This document shows, in pieces, positions 17,223-40,202 of a stretch of DNA of 64,000 nt. The notes beneath the pieces were generated by a model. That model did no database searches. It worked only from the letters and a program-made list of their open reading frames with translations, and was not told the DNA's origin. The stretch is taken from the NCBI RefSeq assembly GCF_009914755.1, contig NC_060925.1, one strand, 5' to 3'. The stretch comes from the human T2T-CHM13v2.0 reference genome, Homo sapiens. The position numbers and the translations under genes are program-made. The number at the start of each line of letters is the position of its first letter. Positions within the stretch are counted from its first letter, which is position 1.

Positions 17223-17369
17223 TGTACTGGAAAATGCCATAATTAATGGGGCAATGCTCAGAGTACACAAAAGGGTCCAGTGGTGGGAATAATTACCATC
17301 TTACCAAAAAGAATCAAACTGCTTTCAAGTAACATAACTGAGTTACAGAACAAATCTAAAAAGTATTTA

Positions 17370-20080
<2,711 letters not shown>

Positions 20081-20154
20081 CTAACCACAGTTAAACTAGA
20101 TATTAACAACAGAACATCTTTGAAAAAACACACAAATATTTAAAAACTAAATAA

Positions 20155-20716
<562 letters not shown>

Positions 20717-21977
20717 TGAAATACATAGAGATAAATCTGACCAAAAACTCTGCAAGACATAAACACTGAAAACTAAAAAACATGCTGAGAGGAATTTTGA
20801 AAGACCTAAATACACAGAAAGGTATACCTTGTTCAACATGGGTTGGAAGACTCAATATTGTTAAAATGTCCGTTTTCCCCAAGTTGATCTATAGATTCAA
20901 TGCAATCCAAATCCCAGCAGATTTTTTTTTAGAAACGCACAAACCAAGTTATATGGAAATACAAAGGATTTAGAATAGCCAAAAAATTTGTGAAAAAGAA
21001 TAAAGTTGGAGTGCTAGCCCTTCCTGATTTCATGACCAAAAGTCATGAAAACTACAGTAACCAAGATATGTGGTATTGGTGTAAAGATATACAAATACAT
21101 AAGTGGAACAGAATAGAACCTCCAGAAATTAACACACTCATATATACAAACAACAACTTCAACAAAGATACAAAAGCAATTTGTATTTTCAACAGATACT
21201 AAAGCAATTCAATGGAGAAAGGACTGTCTTTTCAACAAATGATGTTAGAACAGACATCCATATGCAAAAAAATGACACTTCAGTCCTTCCCCTTGCAAAA
21301 ATACCAGATGATACACCTAAATGGAAAGCCTAAAATAATAAAACTTCTAGGAGAAAACATGGTGATTCTAGGAGAAATCTTGGTGATTTTGTGTTAGGTA
21401 AAAATTATTTTATACAGGCTGGGCGCAGTGGCTCACGCCTGTAATCCCAGCGCTTTGGGAGGCCGAGGCAGGTGGATCACAAGGTCAGGAGTTTGAGACC
21501 AGTCTGGCCAACGTAGTGAAACCCCGTCTCTACTAAAAATACAAAAAAAAATTAGCCAGGTGTGGTGGTGTGCGCCTGTAATCTCAGCTACTCAGTAGGC
21601 TGAGGCAGGAGAATTGCGTGAACCCGGAGGCGGAATTTGCAGTGAGCCGAGATTGCGCCACTGCACTCCAGTCTGGGTGACAGAATGAGACTCCGTCTCA
21701 AAAAAAAAAGAAAAAAAAATTATTTGATATGACACTAAAAGCCACAATTCCTAAAGTTTGAAAATGTATAAAAGGCCAGGCATCATGGCACACACCTGTA
21801 ATCCTAGCATTTTGGGAGGCCAGTGCAGACGATCACTTGAGCTCAGGAGTTTGAGACTGGTCTAGGTAATATGGCAAAACACTGTCTCTACAGAAATAAA
21901 AAAATACATATATATTTATATATATATATATAATATGTGTACTATATATATAGTAAAACATTTTTAAAAATAAAAAT

Positions 21978-22630
<653 letters not shown>

Positions 22631-22645
22631 TAGATTTCTTGTTCA

Positions 22646-22756
<111 letters not shown>

Positions 22757-23034
22757 TTACTTGAGGCCAGGAGTTTGAAATCAGCCTGGCCAACATGTTG
22801 AAACCCTGTCTCTACAGGAAAAAAAAAAAAAATTAGCTGGGTGTGGTACTGCATGCCTGTAATCCCAACTACTTTGAGGCTGAGACACAAGAATTGCTTG
22901 AACCTGGGAGGTGGAGGTTGCAGTGAGCCAAGATCATGCTACTTCACTCCAGCCTGGGTGACAGAGACTCTGTCTCAAGAAAAAAAAAAAAAAAAAGGCC
23001 AGGCGCAGTGGCTCAGGCCAGGCATAGTTGCTCA

Positions 23035-23361
<327 letters not shown>

Positions 23362-23716
23362 CTAAGATTGGAAACAAGGCAAGAACATCTTTTCTCTTAA
23401 CTCTTAATCAACATAGTGCTTGAAGTGCTAGCCAACACAATAAGGCAAGAAAAAGAAACAAAAGGCATATAGATTGGAAAGGAAGAAATAAAATATCCTT
23501 ATTTATAGATGACATGATGATTTGCAGATGACATGAAAAATCCCAAGGAATCTAAAACAAAACAAAAACCCTACTACTAAGTGAGTTCAGCAAGGTTGCA
23601 AGGTATAAGAATAACATGCACAGGCCGGGCGCAGTGGCTCATCCCTGTAATCCCAGCACTTCGGGAGGCCAAGGCGGGCAGATCATGAGGTCAGGAGATC
23701 GAGACCATCCTGGCTA

Positions 23717-23978
<262 letters not shown>

Positions 23979-24550
23979 TTAAAATACAACACCATTTAGG
24001 AGATATAAATAAAAGACACTGTTCATACATTGAAACACTCAATATAGAAAATATATCAGTTCTCCCCAAATTGATGTACAGATTTAAGGCAACTCCTATC
24101 AAAATTCCAGCAAGAATTTCTATAGCTATAAACAGAATTATTCTAACGCTTATATGGAAAGGCAAAGGAATTAAAACAGCTACAATTTTCAAAATGAAGA
24201 ATAAAATGGGAGGAATCATTCTGATTTCAAAACTTATTATATAGCTACAGTAATCAAGCCTATGTAGTTTTGGTGGAGGGATAGACATAGAGATTGATAG
24301 AATAAAAAGAACCCAGAATAGCCCCCACAAAACTATAGGCAACTGATTTTTTATAATGGTGTAAAAGCAATTCAACAAAGGAGGAAAAATTCCTTTCAAC
24401 GAATTATTCTAGCATAATTGGATATCTTCAGGCCAAACAAACAAAACAAACCTCAAACTCAAAATGGGTTGCATATTTAAAAGTAAAGGCCAGTTGCAGT
24501 GGCTCATGCCTGTAATCCCAGCACTTTGGGAGGCCGAGGCAGGCAGATCA

Positions 24551-24853
<303 letters not shown>

Positions 24854-25319
24854 TTAGGAGCCCAAGGCCGGAGGATCACTTGAGCACAGGAGTTCGAGGC
24901 TGCAGGCTGCAGTAAGCTATGATTGTGCCACTGCATTCCAGCCTAGGCAACCAAGTGAGACCCTGTCTCTAAAAGTGAACAAACAAATAAATGTAAAGCA
25001 TAAAGCTATAATTTTTAGAAGATAACATTGGAAAAAATCCTCAGGACCTAAGGTTCAGTGAAAGGTTTTTAAGACATAACCCCAAAAGTACCATTCATAA
25101 ATGGAAAAATTGATGTTAGACTTCATCAAAATTTAAAATTCATGTTCTCTGAAAGACCTTGGTAAGAGGATAAAAAGACAAGCTACAGACTGGGTGAAAA
25201 TATTTATAAACTACATATTCAGCTAAGGGCTAGCATCTAGAATATATAAAGAACCCTCAAAATTCAACAGTTAAAAAAAGTTAGAAAATGGGCAAAAAAC
25301 ATAAAGAGACATTTCACTA

Positions 25320-25780
<461 letters not shown>

Positions 25781-25798
25781 TCACTACCCACTTAGGAG

Positions 25799-26563
25799 TG
25801 AAATGGGAAAAGTTCCCTTGTCCCCCTCGCAGGGCGTGCGATGGGGGTGTTGTTCGCTTCTTCAGTGCCCTGCTGCTCAAACCTCTGGGGGAGTATTCAG
25901 ACGGGCAGGCTGTGGGGTTCTGACCCCACGGCAGTGATCTAGGGGTGAATTTACAGCTGAAGCCCCAGTGGGCATGTGTTACAGGGTACTCTTAGTTTAG
26001 TAGTCTGTAGGTGGCTTCTGTTAGTCAGCTCAATTATACTTGTGCCTTATCTCCAGGTCAGAGAGCTTTCTGTAATCCCAGGATTCTTGCCTGATGTACA
26101 GGAAGAATTGGATGGATAACACGTGGGCTTGGAGAATGAGTGCAAGGTTTTATTGAGTGGAAGTAGCTCTCAGCAGATGGGGTAGCCAGAAGGCGGATGG
26201 TTTTCCCCTGGAGTCAGGCCACTCGGCAGCCCGGGATCTCCTCTGACTGCCCCAGCCAAACTCCGCGTCCTCCGGCTGGTCAGTGGCCTGCTGGCGTGCT
26301 GGCGTCTGTCCTGTCATCTTCTGTCGATGTGTTCCTCTCGACATCCTGCTGCTTGTGTGTCTGCAGGCTAGGGTCTCGGGGTTTTTATAGGCACAGGATG
26401 GGGGCGTGGCAAGTCAGGGTGGTATTGGAAAATGCAACATTTGGGCAGGAAAACAAAAATGTCCGTCCTCACCTAGTTCCGTGGGCACAGGCCTGGGGGT
26501 GGAGCCCTAGCCAGGCACTATGCCCTCCTCTACCCAGCACTTCCCTTCCACCCTTCCGTATCA
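25799..26563 (-). mobile_element. Solo ERV1 LTR of the LTR1/LTR28/MER52 group, sense to RHBDL2 (intron 4)
   Basis: TG...CA termini, 4-bp TSD ggag/cgag; minus-strand start tgatacggaagg...; GC box ~26401-26410, TATAAAAA 26389-26382, AATAAA 26154-26149. Confidence 0.85.
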
Positions 26564-26861
26564 CGAGCACAGGTAAAATAAAAAATCATGACAACACCAA
26601 ATGCTGAATCTGAATCATTTATGCATTGCTACGGTGAATGTAAAATGGGAGAGGCATTCTAGAAAACATTCTTTAAATGTTTAATATTTAAAGAATTTTC
26701 TTTAAAAATTCACCTGTAATCTCAGCATTTTGGGAGGCCAAGGTGTGTGGATCACAAGGTCAGGAGTTCGAGACCAGCCTGGCCAACATGGTGAAACCCC
26801 ATCTCTACTAAAAATACAAAAATTAGCTGGGTGTGGTGGCAGACACCTGTAATCCCAGCTA

Positions 26862-26991
<130 letters not shown>

Positions 26992-28550
26992 TTAAATTAA
27001 ATTAAATTAAAAAATAAAATATGCCACTATCATATGTTCCAACAACTGTGCCTTTGGACATTTATCCTAGAAAACTGAAAACTCTGTTCACAAAACCCCA
27101 TACTTATATTCATAAAAACATATACACAAGTGTTTGGAGTAGTGTTATTCCTAATAGCCAAAAACTGAAACAACTCAGATAACCTTCAATGAGTGAATGG
27201 TTAAACAAGCAGTGCTATATCCATTTTATGGAATGAATACTGGGCAATAAAAAGGAATAAACTATTGACACATGCAACAACCTAGATGAATCCCCGGAGA
27301 ATTATGCTGAGTGAAGAAAATCAATCCCACAAGGGTATATACCGGATTATTCCATTTATATAATATTCTTCAAATGACAAAATTATAGAAATGGAGAACA
27401 GGTTAGTGGTTGCCAGAGGTAAAGGAGGGTGGGACAGAAGATGGTATAGCTATAAAAAGGCATCATAAGGGATCCATATGGTTTGAAAATGTTTTGTACC
27501 CTGACTATATCAACGTGGATATCCTAGTTGTGATACAGTACTAATGTTTTGCAAGATGTCACCATTGGGGATCGCTGGTTTAAAGGGTACATAAGACCTC
27601 TAGGCATTATTTCTAACAACTGCATGTAAATCTACAATTATCGCAAAATTAAAAGTTTAATTTTTTAAAAAAATGTTTCCAATAAATAAACAAATGGATG
27701 GATGGGAGTTCTAATATTTTCTTCCCATGCCATAATGGATCATCTTAGGCACACCCAGATTTAGGGATCACTGACGTATGCTACTTTTACCTACCCAGTC
27801 TTAGAGCCCCTTTGGTTATTCTCTACATTCTCTTAAAGTTGTCTTTCTTAAATGCAAATCTGATCATGTTACTTCTCAAAATCAGTAGTCTGACATATAA
27901 GGGCCTCCATGATCTGGCTTTAGACCTTTACTCAAATACGTACCTGTACACCAAACTACTTGCAGTTTTCTTTATTCCTTTTCTTTTTTTTTTTTTTTTT
28001 TTGTTTGTTTGTTTGTTTGAGACAGAGTCTCGCTCTGTTGCCCAGGCTAGAGTGTGGAGTGCAGTGGCACAATCTTGGCTCACTGCAATCTCCGCCCCCT
28101 AGGTTCAAGTGATTCTGGTGCCTCAGCCCCCTGAGTAGCTGGGATTATAGGGGTGAGCCACCACCCCCAGCTAATTTTTGTATTTTTGGTGGAGAGAGGG
28201 TTTCACCATATTGGCCAGGCTGGTCTCGAACTCCTGGCCTCGTGTGATCTACCCACATCAGCCTCCCAAAGTGCTGGGATTACAGGCAGGAGCGCCAGGC
28301 ATACTTGCAATTTCAATTATGCAAAACCCTGTCTTGAGTGTGAGATACCTGAGGACAGGCACAATGACTTGTCTTTGCTTGCTGATAGTATCTCTAATTC
28401 AATGATCTCTAAGGCTTAATGTGTTCCCGAGCACATATTAGGAGTGCAGTAAACCTTGACTTAAAGAAGCCTACTATAAGTGTGTATTTCATTTGCTTTT
28501 AATCCTAAGAGCCCAGAGGTATTGATTCTGTGTTACCTCAGAACACTGAC

Positions 28551-28663
28551 CTGCAATCACTCCTGCCAGGTACACCAGCCCCACACGGAGGCCTTTGTGG
28601 ACCATTTCCAAGGGAATACCCAAAACAAGCTGCATACAAAGATTCCCCAAGATGTGCTGAACT
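28551..28663 (-). CDS. RHBDL2: RHBDL2 exon 4 (VQHILGNLCMQLVLGIPLEMVHKGLRVGLVYLAGVIA-G), HxxxN motif
   Basis: Acceptor tttgtctttgcag|A, donor CAG|GTCAGT; 113 nt, ends in phase 1. Confidence 0.97.
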
Positions 28664-28827
28664 CTGCAAAGACAAACAATAGTTGTCAAATATTATGACT
28701 AAACCAAGCAGTTATTTCCCTGGGAGATGAACAGACTTTCATGTGTTTTCTCTAGTTAAGGATTTGCTTAACTAGAATTCCATTTTCTAATTTTTCTTCG
28801 CAGACAACTCTTTTTTTCTTTTTCTTT

Positions 28828-28831
<4 letters not shown>

Positions 28832-28873
<42 letters not shown>

Positions 28874-28883
28874 CGCGTGTGTG
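28832..28883. repeat. (TG)n(CG)6(TG)n alternating purine-pyrimidine tract
   Basis: Direct read. Confidence 0.95.
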
Positions 28884-28889
28884 ACTTGC

Positions 28890-29937
<1,048 letters not shown>

Positions 29938-30084
29938 ACAGATTCTTTTTAAGTGCCTTACTATGTGTTAGGCACAGTGAAAATTATAGCCATTATCTCA
30001 TTTAATCACAACAACTTTATGAGGTAGGTACTATTCATATTACTCCATTTTACACCTGAGGAAACTAAAGGACAAGGAAGCTAA

Positions 30085-30484
<400 letters not shown>

Positions 30485-30907
30485 TGAGCCACTGCACCCA
30501 GCCTACTATATACTATAATACTGTACTGCCTTACATTGCTATTTAACTGACATGTTCCTTCTTATCATCTTAAAGTCCTTGTGTGCGGGAGCCATGTTTG
30601 CTCAGAACATACTTGTTAAATGGAAACTGAGCAGTTGGTGATTTTGCCCCTGATTTGTCAAGCCTCTGAGCCATGTGTCCTGATGCCTATTTAGCCACTA
30701 AGCAAAAGTGTCATCCTTTCTATTTTATTTTTTATTTATTTTTAACTTTTTTTTTTTTTTGTAGAGCACTCTCTATGTTGCCCAGGCTGGTCTCAGACTC
30801 CTGGACTCAAAGCGATCCTCCTTCGTCAGCCTCCCAAGTAGCTGGGACTGCAGGTACACATCACCACACCCCAGCTACAAGTCGTTTTCAAGTCCAGAGT
30901 TGGGTAG

Positions 30908-31376
<469 letters not shown>

Positions 31377-32058
31377 CTAAATGGCGGGCACTGCATCTCC
31401 TATTACCAGTATTATTCCAGATGGATAACAGTATCCCACACTCATCAATATGTTCATGAACTAAATTTATTTTATTTTATTTTTGAGACAGAGTTTCACT
31501 CTGTCACCTACTCTAGAATGCAGTGGCGCGATCTCGGCACACTGCAACCTCCGCCTCCTGGGTTCAAGCAATTTTATTGTCTCAGCCTCCTGAGTAGCTG
31601 AGATTACAAGCGCATGCCACCACGCCCAGCTAGTTTTTGTATTTTTAGTAGAGACGGGGTTTTACCATATTGGTCAGGCTGGTCTTGAACTCCTGACCTC
31701 AGGTGATCTATCCACCTCAGCCTCCCAAAGTGCTGGGATTACAGGTGTGAGGCACTGTGCCCGGCCATGAACTAAATTTTGTTTGATGTATGATGGTGGA
31801 GGAGGAGACTGGTTATTCAGCACCACCATTTTCATAGCCTAAAGAGTATATTTAACAACATTAGACAACTAGGGGAACATGCTTTTGGTTTTGCAATGAT
31901 TTGATCTCTTCTCATTAATATTCCTAAATACTAATATTGGGCAGTTATAATGCAATATAAAGTATACTGGCCTTAAGGGCACAGTGGCTCACACCTGTAA
32001 TCCCAGCACTTTGGGAGGCCAAGGCGGATGGATCACCTGAGGTCAGAGTTCAAGACTA

Positions 32059-32327
<269 letters not shown>

Positions 32328-32376
32328 TTAGCTGTGTGACTTGGAACAAGTGACTACATCTTTTTTTTTTTTTTGA

Positions 32377-32586
<210 letters not shown>

Positions 32587-32786
32587 TGATCTGCCCACCT
32601 CAGCCTCCATGACTACATCTCCTATGCCTCAGACATAAAACAGTGGGAGCAATACCTACCCCTTAGGGTTGCTGTGAAGATTATGGACATGAAAGTGCCT
32701 TATCAATAATAAAGCACTCAACAAATGTTAGAGGTTACAATGATATAATCACCTCTGATACCAGGGGCTTAACTATCATTGCTTAC

Positions 32787-32935
32787 CCAGCATGTACCAG
32801 CATGTATGAGATAAACCTCCAGGCTTCCTCCCTCTTCTCAGGACTGTAGATAAAGGGACTCTCCAAGATGCCTGTGTCCAACGTGATCCACTGTTTCTGA
32901 GGCTTCCACACAGCATAGTAAATAAACACTGCCAG
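32787..32935 (-). CDS. RHBDL2: RHBDL2 exon 3 (LAVFIYY...EAWRFISYMLVHAG), rhomboid L1 loop WR motif
   Basis: Acceptor ctccctccatcag|CTG, donor GG|GTAAGC; 149 nt. Confidence 0.97.
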
Positions 32936-33309
32936 CTGATGGAGGGAGCAGACATGAGTATTAACCACACCTTCTCCAGAGAGGGGCCCCATCCAAGCCC
33001 GTGGGCAGTAACTGTTTCAGATGATTCAGCTCTCAAGTGGGCCACACCATAGTGCCAGAAGGTGACATGAAATACACTTCTTCACCATCCCCTCTGTGAT
33101 GGTTTCCACCGTACCCCACTTCCTCTGATGGTTGGGAGCAGTGCTAGCTCACATTGTAAGGAAGACTTTCTGAACCCCTTTTGCCCTGCTCTTGGACACC
33201 CTGCTCTCTGGCACTACGTTCTCTACTACCCTCTCCCTCTTAAATACCCACTGCCCTCATCGTCGCACCAACTGATCTTTCATTTACAACTTGCTATGAA
33301 AGTAGGTCA

Positions 33310-34620
<1,311 letters not shown>

Positions 34621-35020
34621 AATTGGTCTTTCTGTGAGAGGCAGGTATCTCAGCATCTGCTCCATGAGCCTCCTATGGCAAACTGCCCTCCTCCATAGCA
34701 CTCATTGCCTAGGCAATTGTGGTTTGTACCACGATACCTTATCTCATTGTTCCCCATTCACCTGGACAAGACACACACACAGCTGATTGAAACACAAGAC
34801 AACCCATAGGCCAGAAGGATAACAGGAAGGAGAAGCAGAAAAAACAGATACAGATGTCTCAGATCCGGACGACTTCCCAGTTGCAAGCAGTCTCACAATG
34901 AAATCCTGTGAAAAAAATTAGAACTGTGCCCCTTCACCCTAAACAGACTTGACCACAGCATCTCCCAGGATGCTTACACCTTAGCCTTACCTTTGTCTGA
35001 GCCATAAGAGGCTTGGTCCC

Positions 35021-35442
35021 TGCAACAGTTAATTTTATGTGTCAACTTAGCTAGGCTATGCTACCCAGACATTTGCTTAAACATTATCCTAGGTGTTTTT
35101 GTGAGGGTATGGTTTATACTAATATTTAAATCAGTAGTCTTTGAGTAAAGCCGATTTCCCACCATACTGTGGGTGAGCCTTGTCTAATCAGTTGAAGGCC
35201 TTGCTAGAGAAAAGATTGTCCTCTGTTAGGAAAAGGGAATTCTGCCAGCAGAACTCTACCTTTGGACTTGAATGGCAAGTCTTCCCTGGGCCTCCAGCCT
35301 GCCAGCCTTCCCTGAAGATTTTGGACTTGCCAAGTCTCCATAATCATTTGAGCTAATTCCTTAAAATAAATATTAATCTCTCTTCCCCCAGGGAACACAC
35401 ACCTATTGATTCTGTTTTTCTGAAGAACTCTTGACTAATACA
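35021..35442 (+). mobile_element. MLT2 (ERVL) solo LTR, antisense to RHBDL2
   Basis: gttaattttatgtgtcaactt start and ...gaactcttgactaataca end. Confidence 0.8.
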
Positions 35443-36192
35443 GTTTGTGATAAGGAAGCTGAGGCATCAGTGCATCAGTGGGAACTAAAAGGGTTACATT
35501 AGGAACTTCCTAATGCCCCTGAAGTCACACTCCACAGGCAGCCATGGTTGGCCAGTTCCTTTATAGGACATCAAGTGTGGGGGAAAAAACTAGGTGCCAC
35601 GAGGTACAGGGGAGCCTCATCCTGGCCCAGTGACTATGATGTGACCTTGGGATAGTCATCCCACCTCTCTGAGCCTTGCAGTCTTTTCTGGAAAACAAGA
35701 GGACTGACTAGATCAGAGCCTGAAAACACACCACGTGCTGCCTGAAGTAGACATTGTTAAAGGATCCCGTTTTTTTCCTACTGAAATTCAGAAGAATTCT
35801 ATAACACTTCTAAACCTGGGGTCCCAGAAATGCCTTACCAACCAGCCTAAATCGGTTCATGAGAGAAAGCCCTTGTGCAACCCCAGAATGATTTGCTTCC
35901 TAAAGACCTCACAACTAAAATGAAAGGAAGCCACTGAAATTGCAGCCACAGCTGGGCAGATTTGTCTGACAAATGAAACTCCACCCTGGGTTGGCAGTGA
36001 CCGTGAGTATAGGGAAAGCCTCAAAGGCAGCTGTGGGGAGAGCAGAGGCAGAGGTGAGGTGTGTGCTGTCCCCATCCCCACGAAGCTCTCTCCCATGTTC
36101 CCAGTCTCTTCTCTAGATCTAGATCTGACCCCTAGTTTGTTCCCAGCTTCCCCATGCCACTTACCCCGGTGCCCACCCCGCTCCCCATTCAC

Positions 36193-36438
36193 CTCGGCCA
36201 GGCTGATGGAGATGATGAACACGGGAGGCGGGAAGCAGTTAGCTCTCTCCAAGTATGTTCCTCGGGACTTTTCGGGCAGCATCCATTTTGAGACAATCCT
36301 GTGGACCTTTTTACTCTTGGCCCGATCTTTACCTCCCCCATCCTCTCTCATTTTCTCCTCTTCCTCCAGCTCTTCTTTCATCTCTCTCCCCATATTCAGA
36401 TTCATGCTCTCCATCTCCAGATCATGAACAGCAGCCAT
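36193..36438 (-). CDS. RHBDL2: RHBDL2 exon 2, aa 1-82 (cytoplasmic N-terminus and start of TM1)
   Basis: ATG in strong Kozak context ACAATGG; MAAVHDLEME...PPPVFIISISLAE; donor GAG|GTGAAT, phase 0. Confidence 0.97.
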
Positions 36439-36563
36439 TGTCCTGGGTCCTCCCTCCTCCCCAGAAGGACATGAATCCCAGGGAACAGCAGGTGGCCCTA
36501 GGTCCTCAGGCTGCCGCTCTTCCCTGGGCTGTCTGGCGCAACGACTGCTTTCCAAGGCCTTTC
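36439..36563 (-). other. RHBDL2: Exon 2 leader (5' UTR of the 303-aa form; in-frame coding in extended forms)
   Basis: Acceptor cttctcttcacatacag|GA at 36563. The 125 nt are stop-free in the RHBDL2 frame (GA AAG GCC TTG GAA ... ACA ATG). Confidence 0.9.
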
Positions 36564-36754
36564 CTGTATGTGAAGAGAAGACAGCTGAAGATGATCAAAA
36601 TGATCTAAACCTCCTAAATGGCCCAAAATAAAGTTTTCTATGTAATTGTTTTAAAAAGAGCCAGATGACTGAGATTAAAATGCAGCTCTACCATGTATCA
36701 GCTGTAAGTTAACATCAGATAAATCACTTAATTAAATTCTCCAAGCCTCAAATT

Positions 36755-38250
<1,496 letters not shown>

Positions 38251-39479
38251 CAGATTCCATTTTAAACTGAGGATAATGATAGCACTTGCTTCATAACATT
38301 GCCGGGAAGCTTACTTGAGATAATGCATGTAAAGCACTTAAAACAGTATCTGGGCCGGGCGTGGTGGCTCACGCCTGTAATCCCATCACTTGAGGTCAGG
38401 AGTTTCAGAACAGACTGGCCAACCTGGTGAAACGCCATCTCTACTAAAAATACAAAAATTAGCTGGGCATAGTGGCACGTGCCTGTACTTCCAGCTGAAG
38501 GAAGGCTGAAGCAGGAGAATCGCTTGAACCTGGGAGGCAGAGGTTACAGTGAGCCAAATTCACACCACTGCACTCCAGACTGGGTGATGGAGCAAGACTG
38601 TGTCTCGAAGAAAAAGAAAAGAACTGTATCTGGCACGTAGTAAACACCCTATAATTATTAGTTGTTATTGGCTGTGGATGGATGAATGAGTTTTAGATGG
38701 ATGGATGGATAGATGGAAGGCATGGAGCTGAGCCTGGCGCCTGTTTTCACACTGCATGTTACTGGGAATCAGATCAAATTCAACTGATTTTCAAATGAAA
38801 CTCATTAGGCAAGTTTTCACATTAGAATAGGTTATATTCAATAAATTGAGGAAGAGACATCTTATTTTTCTTTTCCCCAGCAAATTTTCTGAAAATAAAG
38901 GCTTTTTCTCTCCCCTGCATTTTTCACCCACCCACTCACCCGCCTCCCAGAGTCAGACATTCAGTCCATAGATATAACTCTTTTATTAATTTCCCTTGAA
39001 GACTGATGATTTTTTTCTACTTTTTGCCACGTCTCATAATTGACAAAACTACAATGTGGATTTAAGATCAGCAGCTTTTAACCACAAATATTAAAGCATT
39101 TTAAAAATAAGTTCAATTAGGGACAGTTCACATTGTATAAATCAGCCTTTTTGTATCTAAATATCATACATAATCATTTTATGAGGAAATAAAATGTCAC
39201 ATTGTTAACAATACAACTGTATAAAAGGAGCTACAAAAATAAGGATTACATTTGCCCTTATCTTGGGATTTCAACAGTTCCAGAAATTTTACAACTTCAA
39301 GACCACCATTTTAAATATGTTAGTGCCTAAATATATTTCCTGTGCTGCAAAGATAGTTGACCCAACCGGTTTAGCCAAAACTCACTGCATGTCTGCTTTC
39401 TGCCTTGCCTTGTAAAGTAGACATGTAGTTCTAGCTACTTCAGGCTCTAGCACCAAATGAGCACATTACTAGCAATTAG

Positions 39480-39990
<511 letters not shown>

Positions 39991-40010
39991 TGAGGAAATA
40001 TTACCTATTA

Positions 40011-40202
<192 letters not shown>

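Noticed and set aside
16475-17270. 133-aa and 152-aa ORFs inside the 1.1-kb insertion
   Set aside because: No recognisable protein similarity, so I cannot call a processed pseudogene from them.
35857-36192. 232-aa ORF continuing 112 codons past the exon 2 donor
   Set aside because: Read-through into intron 2. Rhomboid similarity stops at the GT donor (36192) and resumes in exon 3.
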